Translations under genes and position numbers: made by a program | Shown here: positions 17,147 through 26,531 of the stretch, piece by piece | How the letters are laid out: each line of letters starts with the position of its first letter | Numbering within the stretch: position 1 is the stretch's first letter | Assembly (NCBI GenBank): GCA_964445525.1 | Contig: CAYULA010000018.1 | Coordinates: 36 to 64,035, forward strand | From: an uncultured Thermoplasmatales archaeon | GTDB lineage: Archaea; Thermoplasmatota; Penumbrarchaeia; Penumbrarchaeales; Penumbrarchaeaceae | Direction of reading: 5' to 3' | DNA length: 64,000 bases | Notes under the pieces: generated by a model | What the model saw: only the letters and a program-made list of their open reading frames with translations | Told to the model about the DNA's origin: nothing | The model's database searches: none

Positions 17147-18942
17147 ACCGCTTCGCTAAGGATTATATTTACTTCGGTTCCATGGTCGGCATTTTCCAGC
17201 CAGACCAATCCGTTGTAGCGGCTGATAATCTTCTTTACAAGATAGAGTCCAAGCATCTGTGAGCCCCACTCCGTTGATGTGGGCCTCTCCATTAGCGCAA
17301 TCTTCATCTCCTCGGGTATACCTCCTCCGTTATCCTTTATCGTGATCTTAACAGGTTCCGGTATGAGGTTCGATTTGGAGGGATCCCTTGCTATTTCGAT
17401 CTCCATTCTGAGGTCATTCTTCCTTGAATTCTGATATGAATTCTCGACTATTCGGATCAGGGCCTCTTCCAGAAGTTCGTCGCCCATTACATGGATATCC
17501 GTCCTTTCCCAATCGATGATCGGCAGCCCCTCCTCATCTTCATGGGATTCCCTCCACCTGGAGATCGCATTCTCGATGGTCCCGTCCAGGTCCACCGGCA
17601 TCTGCTCGATATCCGGTCTGCACTGTGACATAACCTTGACATCCCTGATAATTGTGGAACTCTTTTTCACCTCTGATATGGCCCGTCTGAGATAGTCGTC
17701 CTTCTTTTCCTTGGATATTCCCGCCATGGAGATGAGTTCAAGATAGCCCAGTATGCCGGCGTTTGCATTGTACATGTCGTGTATCATCAGATCGTTGTAA
17801 AGGGTCAGCTCCTCCATTGCATCTGCCAGTTTCTCGGATTGTTCTCTGAGGGTTTGTTCGAGCCTTTTGGTCTTTGTCACGTCCTGACCGACCATCAGCA
17901 CCATGGAGACGTTTCCTTCCTTGTCGAAGATAATTGTGTTTTCCAGAAGTATCGTGATGGTCTTTCCGGATGCAGCCCTGACCCTGCTTTCATACTGGGT
18001 CCTGAATCCTGTACCGATATTCCACTGAAAAACCTCCAGTTTCCCGCTCTCGGCGTCCTTGTCCACCAGGTAGTCGAACCATATGGTCCCTATTGCCTCC
18101 TGAGGATCGTAACCAAGGGTTCTCTTGGCCCCGCTATTGAACATCTTGATATTTCCTTCCATATCGATACCGATTACAATTGCGTTTGAATTCTCCAGCA
18201 ACTCGTCGCCGATCCCCCTTGGTATTCCATCGGTGGAAGGTTCTTCCAAAGCGGATGACTGATCCATCCAGATCTCCATGACCTGGTCAGGTTTGCTTCC
18301 TCTGAAGATAGGGGCCACGATCACATCGAACTCCCTTTCACCGTCCTTAAGTGGAACAGAGACCCCTATGGTTCCTCCAACACCTTCTGTAAGAGCCTGT
18401 ATCAGAAGACCTTTCAGGTCCTTCCTGGGATATTTGACAGGGTCCCTCCTCCTGGAAACGAGGCTAATCTGCTCGTCGGTGGCAGAATTCTGAAAGATGG
18501 GTTCGAGCCTTTTGTTTAGGATGGTTATGGGAAATGGAAGGTCCTCGAGGGTCCTTCTCGGTATATCTGCTGTCTTTGGCTCCCTGTCCATCTCGGTAAA
18601 GACACCGATAAGCTTTCTTTGGTCCCCTCTGCCCGACCAGGAGAAGGATCCCATCAAGGGTATCGGAGCACCTTTATCGGATGACCAGTTCATGGTGATC
18701 CTCTGTGCTTTTCTGGCTCTCTGTGCCTTCACGATCTTCAAGACTGCGGGTATGTCCGAGGCATCAACCAGATCGAAGATCAGTTTTCCCCTGATATCCT
18801 CTCTGTTGATGGAGAGCAGATCGCACATCGAATGGTTAACCTCTTCCACCTTTCCATCCTTGTCCAGCATCATGATTCCAGTTGGCAGGTCCTCGATCAG
18901 GTTCATATACTCGCTTTCGAGACCCGTGTCCTTTTTACTCAA
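17143..18942 (-). CDS. multi-PAS sensor histidine kinase
   Basis: It has PAS modules, the H-box region MIHDMYNANAGILGYLE, and HATPase boxes (ENSYQNS, DNGGGIP). The 3' end overlaps the convergent gene by 4 nt. Confidence 0.85.
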   Translation of the reverse strand: MSKKDTGLESEYMNLIEDLPTGIMMLDKDGKVEEVNHSMCDLLSINREDIRGKLIFDLVDASDIPAVLKIVKAQRARKAQRITMNWSSDKGAPIPLMGSFSWSGRGDQRKLIGVFTEMDREPKTADIPRRTLEDLPFPITILNKRLEPIFQNSATDEQISLVSRRRDPVKYPRKDLKGLLIQALTEGVGGTIGVSVPLKDGEREFDVIVAPIFRGSKPDQVMEIWMDQSSALEEPSTDGIPRGIGDELLENSNAIVIGIDMEGNIKMFNSGAKRTLGYDPQEAIGTIWFDYLVDKDAESGKLEVFQWNIGTGFRTQYESRVRAASGKTITILLENTIIFDKEGNVSMVLMVGQDVTKTKRLEQTLREQSEKLADAMEELTLYNDLMIHDMYNANAGILGYLELISMAGISKEKKDDYLRRAISEVKKSSTIIRDVKVMSQCRPDIEQMPVDLDGTIENAISRWRESHEDEEGLPIIDWERTDIHVMGDELLEEALIRIVENSYQNSRKNDLRMEIEIARDPSKSNLIPEPVKITIKDNGGGIPEEMKIALMERPTSTEWGSQMLGLYLVKKIISRYNGLVWLENADHGTEVNIILSEAV

Positions 18943-19084
18943 ACGTTGACCCCCGTATCCGTTCAGAATTGCACTTATCCTGGTTAACCAGGCGTAGATT
19001 ATTTAAATCTACTTCAAGTGTTATCTTTCATTTGCGGACCTCTCCCCGCAAACGGTTTAGTAAGACAGTATCCTTCAACCTTTC

Positions 19085-20605
19085 ATGGGCGAGGCCGATT
19101 CCGGAACCCTGAACCTGTATTGGACGGAAAAATACAGGCCCCGAAGGCTCGTTGATCTAACAGGACATATCAAAGTGATTGATCAGATGAAAGCCTGGGC
19201 CAGATCCTGGACGTTCGGTACTACCCCTAAAAAGAAAGGTCTTATTCTGGAGGGGGAAGCAGGGGTAGGCAAGACAACAGCAGCTTTGGCCCTTGCCTCT
19301 GAAATGGGATGGGAGGTCATTGAACTCAATGCATCGGACTCGAGGAATCAGGAGGCCATCAGGTTGATGGCCACAAGGGGTTCACTCTCCCATGATATAA
19401 CAGATTCCGAGGGTTTCGCCGGTAAAAGATCAAAAAGATTGAAGATGATACTTCTGGATGAGGCGGATAATCTCCATGAAAGAAGCGCCTCGGTCGGGGA
19501 AGGAACCGATGTTGGAGACAGAGGCGGAAAGAGGGCCATAGTAGAATTGATCAAGATGACCAAGCAACCCGTTGTTCTGATCGTCAATGATCTTTACGGA
19601 TTGACCTCTGGTTCGGGCCAGTCTCTCAATTTCACCTGTGAGAGGATAAAATTCAGGAGATTGTCTCCGATTTCCATATCCCGGAGACTCAGAGAGATCT
19701 GTGATCTCGAGGGGATAGGCTATGAAGACGAGGTGATAAAGGCCATTTCCGAACGCTCGGGCGGTGATATGAGATCTGCGGTCGGTGATCTCCAGATGAT
19801 CTCCTCGGGAAAGGATAGAATAACCCTGGATGATCTGGATGTACTTGGATTTCGGGATGTCAAGGAGAATATCTTCGGTGTCTTGAACAGACTCTTCTCG
19901 GCCTCTTCCATCAAGGAATCCAGGTCGGCGCTCATGGAGGTTGACGAGGATATAAACTCATTGAAGCTCTGGGTGGCCGAGAACTTGCATGTTGTAATGG
20001 TTCATCCAAAGGACCTGGACGCCGCTTACCGGCTTCTTTCCAAATCGGACATATATCTTGGAAGGGTCAGGAGGAAACAAAACTACAAGCTATGGTCATA
20101 TGCAAAGGATCTGCTTGCGGCCATTTCGAACACAAGGAAACACTCCAACAGACGGGCGGGCAGATATTCATTTCCATCATACCTGAAGGCGATGTCAAGA
20201 ACCAAGGATTCAAGGTCGAGGTTAAAGGAAACCGCTTCAGCCCTAGGTCGATTGACCCACACCTCAATCAGATATCAGAAAGAGGATGCTTTGAGAAGGA
20301 TCGGCCTTTTATGTCAGAGAGATCCCGAGTTCGCCTCCCACATCATGGCTGAAACCGATCTCGAAAAGGATCATCTGAAGCTTCTAACTGGTGAAAAATT
20401 GGACGACAAAGAACTCAGGGCAATCATGAAGCGGGCCGAGGCAATCAATAGAAACAACGCAGCTCCCAAGACCCTCGAAGGAGGATTGATGGATTTCATT
20501 GAGAAAGATGGAGATGAGACTTCCTCCCGGCAAGAACTTGTTGAAGAAGAAAAAAAGGAGGAGGAGAATACCGGCCCACATCAATCCAGTCTCTTCGAGT
20601 TCTAG
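19085..20605 (+). CDS. rfcL: replication factor C large subunit
   Basis: WTEKYRPRRLVDLTGH is the RFC box, GEAGVGKTT is Walker A and ILLDEADNL is Walker B. The C-terminal QSSLFEF is a PCNA-interacting PIP box. Confidence 0.9.
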   Translation: MGEADSGTLNLYWTEKYRPRRLVDLTGHIKVIDQMKAWARSWTFGTTPKKKGLILEGEAGVGKTTAALALASEMGWEVIELNASDSRNQEAIRLMATRGSLSHDITDSEGFAGKRSKRLKMILLDEADNLHERSASVGEGTDVGDRGGKRAIVELIKMTKQPVVLIVNDLYGLTSGSGQSLNFTCERIKFRRLSPISISRRLREICDLEGIGYEDEVIKAISERSGGDMRSAVGDLQMISSGKDRITLDDLDVLGFRDVKENIFGVLNRLFSASSIKESRSALMEVDEDINSLKLWVAENLHVVMVHPKDLDAAYRLLSKSDIYLGRVRRKQNYKLWSYAKDLLAAISNTRKHSNRRAGRYSFPSYLKAMSRTKDSRSRLKETASALGRLTHTSIRYQKEDALRRIGLLCQRDPEFASHIMAETDLEKDHLKLLTGEKLDDKELRAIMKRAEAINRNNAAPKTLEGGLMDFIEKDGDETSSRQELVEEEKKEEENTGPHQSSLFEF

Positions 20606-20609
20606 AAAC

Positions 20610-21911
20610 TCAGAGCTCCAGTTCTTCGACGTCCTTTTCAGGTATTTCAGGGGAACCCTTGTAAACTGATGTTTTGAAGAGGTTGAATTCCCTTTCCCTC
20701 ATCTCGTCTTCGTCGGGAACCTCATCCTCGTCCACTACCCTGTCGAGTCTGTTTTCCTTCAATCTTTTCTTCCTCTGTTTTGCAAGGTCCTTCCAGGCTC
20801 TCTTCTTATCCTTCCTGCTTTTCGTTTGAATGTCCGGAGGAAGTCTTCCGAACCTTCTTCTCCAGACCTTCTTCCTGGCTCTGAGGACCGTAAAAACAAT
20901 GATCAACACCAGTAACAAAATGACGATTAGAATGATATTGCCCGATATCAGATTCTGAATGTTTTCGAGTTCGAACCAACTCTGTCGTTTCTGTGTGATC
21001 TCCACCACCCTCTGCTGGGAGAGATTCTGATCCATGGTATAACCGATCGAGGCGAATACGGTATATTCACCAGAGCTGCTTTTTCTCTCCCAATGGATCT
21101 CCCTTGTGTAGTTCAGGCTGTTCATCATCGATGACATGTCCTGATTGGGTATCTTGACCCTGTCTATCTCAATAATAACATGCAGCTGGGTCCAGGGAAC
21201 CATGAAGGCATCCCTGTATTCCATTATGACTTCCTCTTTGGTCATGTAAACCGTATTGATCTCCAATGCATTGGAGGAGAAGGTGAACTTGGAATCGTAC
21301 TCCCTGGTTCCGAACCTCAATGCCGCACCGCCGCCGTTGGATTTCGCATATACCTTGAAGGAAAGTCTAACCCCGGCTTCCACGGTGGTGTCATTTCCCG
21401 GTGGAAAATTCCCGGTTCCCCCAACCGTGAGTTTTGTTTCCAGGGGAATGTTGTAGGTCTGTGTCGTGATCTCAAGCAAAACCTCGCTTTCCTTTCTGAT
21501 CTGGAACCTGAACTGGCAATTGGGAGTTACCTGGTCGGAGGCTTCCTTGTAGGCTAAGGCTTCCACCTTAACCGTGCCTCCCAGGTTGATCTCGTTCTTG
21601 AGGGGTTCGGTATACCAGGTTCCCACTTCGATCCATATGGTTGAACCCACGGGTATTATTCCGTACCCTCTGAACCCTGTCTGTCTGTAACCGTTGGGAA
21701 TGGCCACTGCTGAGAAGACATCGGTTTCGGGAGGGTCCAGAGGACTCAATGTCATTCCTTCGCTGAGGTGAAGTGTCATTTCATTGAGTTCCTTTCCTTG
21801 ATCCAGCTCCTGAGCCTCGACAGGAGAGATTAGCATGGTGAATGATCCCAATATCATAATCGCCGATATTTGAAGCAATAATAATTTCGGAACCATTCCA
21901 TTTTCATTCAT
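20610..21911 (-). CDS. membrane-anchored exoprotein, unknown family (paralogue A)
   Basis: Layout: signal peptide, approximately 300-aa ectodomain, one TM helix, then an approximately 95-aa Lys/Arg/Glu tail ending EELEL. It is roughly half identical by eye to 22011..23354. Confidence 0.7.
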   Translation of the reverse strand: MNENGMVPKLLLLQISAIMILGSFTMLISPVEAQELDQGKELNEMTLHLSEGMTLSPLDPPETDVFSAVAIPNGYRQTGFRGYGIIPVGSTIWIEVGTWYTEPLKNEINLGGTVKVEALAYKEASDQVTPNCQFRFQIRKESEVLLEITTQTYNIPLETKLTVGGTGNFPPGNDTTVEAGVRLSFKVYAKSNGGGAALRFGTREYDSKFTFSSNALEINTVYMTKEEVIMEYRDAFMVPWTQLHVIIEIDRVKIPNQDMSSMMNSLNYTREIHWERKSSSGEYTVFASIGYTMDQNLSQQRVVEITQKRQSWFELENIQNLISGNIILIVILLLVLIIVFTVLRARKKVWRRRFGRLPPDIQTKSRKDKKRAWKDLAKQRKKRLKENRLDRVVDEDEVPDEDEMREREFNLFKTSVYKGSPEIPEKDVEELEL

Positions 21912-22010
21912 TATAGGTCTCTCCTTTGATATTACCTGGATCCTTTTGTTAACTTCCGATATATCTTTTGTGGAATCGCCCTGTTAAGGTAAGTGGCCTT
22001 CAATATGTCA

Positions 22011-23354
22011 TCATAGTTCGATATCATCCATATCCTTATCCGATATGAGGTCATCCGGATCAATTTTCGGAGCGGTTCTCTTCTTTTTTCTTTTGAAGAT
22101 CCTGAACTCCCCGTCGTCTTCGATGATTTCCTCGTCCTTTTTTTCGATTACCCTTCTCTCCCTTTGCCTGGATATTCTTTCCTGTCTCCTTCTTTGAAGT
22201 TCTTTCCAGGCTTCCTTTCTTTCACCCTTTTCCTTCTTTTTAAGGGGCGGAGGTAGCTGTTGTAACCTCCGTTTCCACATTCTTCTTCTGTGTCTACCGT
22301 ACATTATCATTGCGGCAAGGAAGAGTATGATCAGAACTACGACTCCGAAATGATTGGTGACCATTTTTCCCACGTTTTCCAGTTCGTACCAGTCCTTCTT
22401 GACCTCATTGATCTCAAGGAATCTCTGCTGGGATATGTTCTGTTCGTGAAGATAGCCAATGGATACGAATACCTCGTAATCTCCTGGTTTGCTCTTCCTT
22501 TCCCAATGAAGTTCCCTTGTGGTGTTCTGGGCGTTCATCATGGATGTGACGTCTTCGTTGGGAATGAGTTCCTTGTTTATGTATAGCTGGGTATGCAGTT
22601 GGGTCCAGGGTACCATGAACGCATCCTTGTATTCCAGGACGAAATGGTTCTTGTTCATCAACATGTTCCTGATCTCCAAAGCATTGGAGCCGAATGTGAT
22701 GCCTGAGGGGTATGTCTTTGACCCGAACTTTATTACAGCCCCTCCGCCGTTGCATCTGGCGGTAACCCTTAAAGCAAGGGAGGTACCAGCCTCAACAGTG
22801 GTATCGTTACCGGGCGGGAAGGAAGCGGCCACCGTGACCTTTACATCCTGTCCTTCGGTGATCCTTATTCCCCCCTGGTAGAGGTCCAGCAGGACCTCGT
22901 TGCCCCTCATTATCTCGAATCTGAAATCGCAATTGGGCGAACCGTCTCCTGTCATCTCCTTGAAAGCGATGATATTGACCTCGGCTCTTCCTCCGAGATT
23001 TACCTTTTGTTTAAGGGGCTGAGTATACCAGGTTCCCACGGCCTTCCAGTAGGTGTGCCCAACGGGTAGTATGTTGAATCCTCTGAAACCGTCTCTAATG
23101 AAACCGTTTGGTATCGATACCGCTTGGTGCTCATCCGTGGCTTCCAGTGCTGCAGGATTCAGCTCCATTCCCTCGACCATGTACAGATTCATCATGTTCA
23201 GCTGCATGGGCTGGGTGGCCTGTCCATCTGCAATATTATCGGTGGGAATCAGAACTCCCAAAAGGAGTGCTGTTAGGATGGTGATGATGACCGTTGGAAT
23301 AAAGCCGGGTGCTCTCATTTCTTCAACTCCCAAATACGGACTCTTGTTCCGCAA
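22011..23354 (-). CDS. membrane-anchored exoprotein, unknown family (paralogue B)
   Basis: It has the same architecture as paralogue A. Shared blocks include IPNG(Y/F)..GFRG, VGTWYT(E/Q)PLK, FPPGNDTTVEAG, DAFMVPWTQLH and HWERKS. The tail ends DDIEL. Confidence 0.7.
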   Translation of the reverse strand: MRNKSPYLGVEEMRAPGFIPTVIITILTALLLGVLIPTDNIADGQATQPMQLNMMNLYMVEGMELNPAALEATDEHQAVSIPNGFIRDGFRGFNILPVGHTYWKAVGTWYTQPLKQKVNLGGRAEVNIIAFKEMTGDGSPNCDFRFEIMRGNEVLLDLYQGGIRITEGQDVKVTVAASFPPGNDTTVEAGTSLALRVTARCNGGGAVIKFGSKTYPSGITFGSNALEIRNMLMNKNHFVLEYKDAFMVPWTQLHTQLYINKELIPNEDVTSMMNAQNTTRELHWERKSKPGDYEVFVSIGYLHEQNISQQRFLEINEVKKDWYELENVGKMVTNHFGVVVLIILFLAAMIMYGRHRRRMWKRRLQQLPPPLKKKEKGERKEAWKELQRRRQERISRQRERRVIEKKDEEIIEDDGEFRIFKRKKKRTAPKIDPDDLISDKDMDDIEL

Positions 23355-23428
23355 ATGAATTCAGGTGTGGATGTCAATAAACTGGAGAGCCTTATAAGTT
23401 TTATCGCTTTATACTAGAACAATCCGCC

Positions 23429-23458
23429 ACCGATTAATCACCGAAACCGATTAATCAC
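23429..23458. promoter_or_regulatory. two copies of ACCGATTAATCAC (17-bp period), each containing the palindrome GATTAATC
   Basis: The copies are at 23429-23441 and 23446-23458, 20 nt upstream of the Pop5 ATG and downstream of a TATA-like TTTATACT at about 23408. Confidence 0.35.
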
Positions 23459-23477
23459 ATCATCACCTCGCTACTTC

Positions 23478-23834
23478 ATGGTCCGGCAGAACAGAAGGAG
23501 ATACGTGGTATTTCATGTCCTTCAGCCTGATGATGTGGGCAAGGGTCTGCTCATAAAACTGGTTAGGGATATGACCAGAAAACTTCCCCAGGAGGAGTTC
23601 GATCGGATAAAACCCTGGTTCGTTTACTATAAGAATAAATGGTGCATAGTAAGGACGGGACATACGGGAGTTGAACGGCTGATAAGAATGATCGAATCAC
23701 TCGATGGTTTGGAATTAAGAGAGGGAGTCCTGATGTTGAGGGTTACAGGTGTATCGGGAACCCTCAGAGGAGCTTTCCATAAGCATATTCCGGAAAAAGG
23801 GAGGCAGGGACTCCATTACAGAGTCGAGGATTAG
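23478..23834 (+). CDS. rnp2: RNase P protein component 2 (Pop5/Rpp14 family)
   Basis: RRYVVFHV near the N-terminus and VTGVSGTLRGA near the C-terminus match archaeal Pop5 (RYIAFEI ... VLGVSGTIKKA). It occupies the canonical position upstream of psmA. Confidence 0.7.
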   Translation: MVRQNRRRYVVFHVLQPDDVGKGLLIKLVRDMTRKLPQEEFDRIKPWFVYYKNKWCIVRTGHTGVERLIRMIESLDGLELREGVLMLRVTGVSGTLRGAFHKHIPEKGRQGLHYRVED

Positions 23835-23865
23835 GTGGTCGTCATCTTGTGCCTTCAAACCCAAT

Positions 23866-23877
23866 AAGTATATAATT
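23866..23877 (+). promoter_or_regulatory. TATA-like box AAGTATATAATT upstream of psmA
   Basis: An AT-rich box about 80 nt upstream of the ATG. A GGAGG Shine-Dalgarno sequence lies at 23943-23947. Confidence 0.4.
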
Positions 23878-23955
23878 CATTAAGAAACTCAGCGTAAGTC
23901 GATCCGAAGGTTCGACCCCAAATTACCCCACAGGGTCCACAAGGAGGAACACATC

Positions 23956-24675
23956 ATGCAGCCAGGAAACATGGCCTATGACAGAGCGATAACAGTATTC
24001 TCACCCGATGGAAGGCTCTTCCAGGTGGAATATGCCAGGGAAGCCGTCAAGAGGGGTACCACCACCGTGGGTCTCAAGTTCAAGGACGGCGCCATACTGA
24101 TCATTGACAAGAGGATAACCTCTCCCCTGATCGAACCCACATCCATCGAGAAGATATTCAAGATTGACGAGTTCATAGGATGTGCAACATCCGGGCTGGT
24201 TGCGGATGCCAGGGTTCTGGTGGACAGGGCAAGGATCGAGGCCCAGATAAACAAGATCACCTACAGCGAGAGGATCCCGGTGGATGTACTCGTCAAGAGA
24301 ATATGCGATTTCAAGCAGAACTACACCCAATACGGTGGTGTGAGACCTTTCGGAACGGCTCTTTTGATTGCCGGTGTTGACGATAAAGGAATCCACCTCT
24401 ACGAGACCGATCCTTCCGGTGCGATGATGTCCTACAAGGCAGGGTCCATCGGATCGGGGAGATCCGTTGTAATGGAGATCTTCGAGGATAAATACAAGGA
24501 GAACCTGACACAGGATCAGGCCATACAGCTTGGTCTTGAGGCGCTTCTCGGAGCCACAGAAGAAGGAAGCCTGAACACTCTCGCTGTGGAGATAGGTCTT
24601 GTAAATAAGAAGGATGTTTTCCAGAAAGTTGACACTAAAAAGGTGGCCAAATACGTCAATCAGGCCAAGAAGTGA
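23956..24675 (+). CDS. psmA: proteasome subunit alpha
   Basis: The YDRAITVFSPDGRLFQVEYAREAV signature is present at the N-terminus. Confidence 0.95.
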   Translation: MQPGNMAYDRAITVFSPDGRLFQVEYAREAVKRGTTTVGLKFKDGAILIIDKRITSPLIEPTSIEKIFKIDEFIGCATSGLVADARVLVDRARIEAQINKITYSERIPVDVLVKRICDFKQNYTQYGGVRPFGTALLIAGVDDKGIHLYETDPSGAMMSYKAGSIGSGRSVVMEIFEDKYKENLTQDQAIQLGLEALLGATEEGSLNTLAVEIGLVNKKDVFQKVDTKKVAKYVNQAKK

Positions 24676-24689
24676 GGTGAAATCGTAAC

Positions 24690-25391
24690 ATGGTATCCCT
24701 GGACGATGCAGTGATCGCAAGGCTCGACAGGGAAGGTGAGAGGTTCGAGATTTTGGTGGATCCCGACCTGGCCCATGCAGTCAGGGAGGGGGAGGAAAAA
24801 GAACCTGACCTTTCCGAGCTACTTGCCGCCGATGAGGTCTTTCTGGATGCTCACAAAGGAGACCGGGCCCCTTCAGACCTGCTCTCCAAGGTTTTCAAGA
24901 CCCAGGATATCAAGGAGATTGTCCATATTATCCTTTTTAAAGGGGAAATCCAGCTAACAACAGAACAGAGAAAGAGAATGCAGGAGGAAAAGAGAAAGAA
25001 GATTGTGGCTCTTCTTTCCCGTAACTGCATCAATCCCACAAACAAGGCCCCTCATCCTCCGGCAAGGATCGAACTTGCAATGGAGGAGGCCAAGATTAAC
25101 ATAGATCCCTTCAAGAGTCCCGAGGCCCAGATAAATGAAATCATCAAGGCACTTAGACCAATCCTGCCTATTCGAATGGAGATGGCCCAGATAGCCATCA
25201 AAGCTCAGGCCTCTGATTACGGAAAACTTGTGGGGGATGTAAGGTCCTTCGGAAAGGTCCTGAAGGAAGAATGGACTAAGGGCGGGGAATGGTTATGTCT
25301 TGTGGAGATTCCTGCAGGTCTTCAGTTGGAATTCTTCGATATGGTCAACGGAAAGACCCATGGTCAGGCGGATACCAAGCTTATTGATTGA
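24690..25391 (+). CDS. SBDS-family ribosome maturation protein (Sdo1)
   Basis: The N-terminal FYSH-domain pattern ([18 protein letters not shown]) is present. The length and position after psmA are typical. Confidence 0.85.
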   Translation: MVSLDDAVIARLDREGERFEILVDPDLAHAVREGEEKEPDLSELLAADEVFLDAHKGDRAPSDLLSKVFKTQDIKEIVHIILFKGEIQLTTEQRKRMQEEKRKKIVALLSRNCINPTNKAPHPPARIELAMEEAKINIDPFKSPEAQINEIIKALRPILPIRMEMAQIAIKAQASDYGKLVGDVRSFGKVLKEEWTKGGEWLCLVEIPAGLQLEFFDMVNGKTHGQADTKLID

Positions 25392-25417
25392 TAACTGCAG
25401 TCATTGGTTTGCGGAAC

Positions 25418-25427
25418 TTATATATAA
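25418..25427 (+). promoter_or_regulatory. TATA box TTATATATAA upstream of the L37Ae-RpoP-Pcc1-PfdB block
   Basis: Located in the 95-bp intergenic region, 60 nt before ATG 25487. Confidence 0.4.
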
Positions 25428-25486
25428 GGTAATCTAATGTAGGCTCCTCCCCGGGAATTGTATTGCCCAGGTCAGGGGGCCCCAAG

Positions 25487-25747
25487 ATGAGCAGAAGAAC
25501 CAAGAAGGTCGGAAGTTCGGGCAAGTTCGGTCCCAGATACGGGATCAGCGTAAAGAAGTCCATTCGTTCCATTGATCAGAACAAGAAGAACCGCTACATC
25601 TGCCCGAGGTGCACAAAAAAGAACGTCAAAAGGGTGGCGGCCGGTATATGGGAGTGCAGGTCCTGTTCCCTGAAATTCTCGGGTGGCGCATATTCACCAA
25701 GGACCGGCAAATTCAAGACCCTTGAGAACCGCTTGTCGAGGTTATGA
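25487..25747 (+). CDS. rpl37ae: 50S ribosomal protein L37Ae
   Basis: MSRRTKKVGSSGKFGPRYG N-terminus and the C4 zinc ribbon CPRC...CRSC. The start is trimmed by 8 codons relative to the track. Confidence 0.9.
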   Translation: MSRRTKKVGSSGKFGPRYGISVKKSIRSIDQNKKNRYICPRCTKKNVKRVAAGIWECRSCSLKFSGGAYSPRTGKFKTLENRLSRL

Positions 25748-25748
25748 A

Positions 25749-25883
25749 ATGTACAGATGCGGTAGATGCGGAGAGAAACTGGTCACCGAGTTCAGCCCAA
25801 TAGGTATCCAGTGCTCAAAATGCGGTTACAAGATCTTCTACAAGGAAAGACCCAACAGGAAGAAGGTCCTCACCACAAAGTGA
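25749..25883 (+). CDS. rpoP: DNA-directed RNA polymerase subunit P (Rpo12)
   Basis: MYRCGRCGEKL...CSKCGYKIFYKERP is the Rpo12 zinc ribbon. The ATG lies 1 nt after the L37Ae stop. The N-terminal 22 aa in the track ORF are a spurious extension. Confidence 0.85.
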   Translation: MYRCGRCGEKLVTEFSPIGIQCSKCGYKIFYKERPNRKKVLTTK

Positions 25884-25895
25884 GGGTGGTCCCGC

Positions 25896-26138
25896 ATGGA
25901 AGCGGTGGTGGAGTTACGGATGGACCTTCCCGAAGGTGTTTTTGAAAGTATTTCCAGATCCATGAGGATAGAGTCCAAATCATCCCCGCCCGACGGGACT
26001 GTTGAGGTAGGAATTGGAGACCCGAATTCGAATCCTCTCCTAATCATGAGATCATCCGATCTTTCCACATCCCGGGCAATGCTGAATTCATATCTGGGTT
26101 TATTGTCCGTGGCCCTTGGAGCCGCCGGGGAAGGGTAA
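25896..26138 (+). CDS. pcc1: KEOPS complex subunit Pcc1
   Basis: SSDLSTSRAMLNSYLGLLSVA matches the Pcc1 C-terminal helix motif (D-x-SALR-x-x-VNSYLRW). The size and position are typical. Confidence 0.65.
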   Translation: MEAVVELRMDLPEGVFESISRSMRIESKSSPPDGTVEVGIGDPNSNPLLIMRSSDLSTSRAMLNSYLGLLSVALGAAGEG

Positions 26139-26186
26139 AAAGATATTTATCGATCGCGGTAATAGCACCCGAAAGGTGGTTACCAC

Positions 26187-26531
26187 ATGGCATACCAGTT
26201 CCCAAAGGAAATCCAGGAAAAACTTGCGAACTTCGAGCAGCTCAAATCCCAGCTTCAGGCTATCATGTCCCAGAAGGGGGAGATAGAAGTCAGGAAGAAG
26301 GAGTTAGATTCCTCCATAGATGCTTTGAAGAAGAGAGATGATGGCGATGTGTTCAGAAGGGTGGGGGATATCCTGATCAAGGTAAAGGACACGGAAACAC
26401 TGGTAAAGGAACTGGAAGAGGAATCAGAAACCCTTGGAGTCAGGATCCGTTCACTTTCCTCACAGGAAAAGAATGCAAAAGAGATGTATGAGAAACTTGC
26501 AAACGAGATAAACGAGTCCATCAAGGGATGA
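26187..26531 (+). CDS. pfdB: prefoldin subunit beta
   Basis: It has a coiled-coil / beta-hairpin / coiled-coil layout with VFRRVGDILIKV in the hairpin, in its canonical neighbourhood. Confidence 0.9.
   Translation: MAYQFPKEIQEKLANFEQLKSQLQAIMSQKGEIEVRKKELDSSIDALKKRDDGDVFRRVGDILIKVKDTETLVKELEEESETLGVRIRSLSSQEKNAKEMYEKLANEINESIKG

Noticed and set aside
23885-23915. GGTTCGACCCC segment resembling a tRNA T-arm upstream of psmA
   Set aside because: No acceptor, D or anticodon arms can be folded around it. It is only a short GTCGA...TCGAC hairpin in the psmA leader.
24001-24720. 239-aa minus-strand ORF covering the whole psmA gene
   Set aside because: It is a shadow ORF antisense to an unmistakable proteasome alpha gene. 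Its sequence is low-complexity and Gly/Pro/His-rich with no motif.
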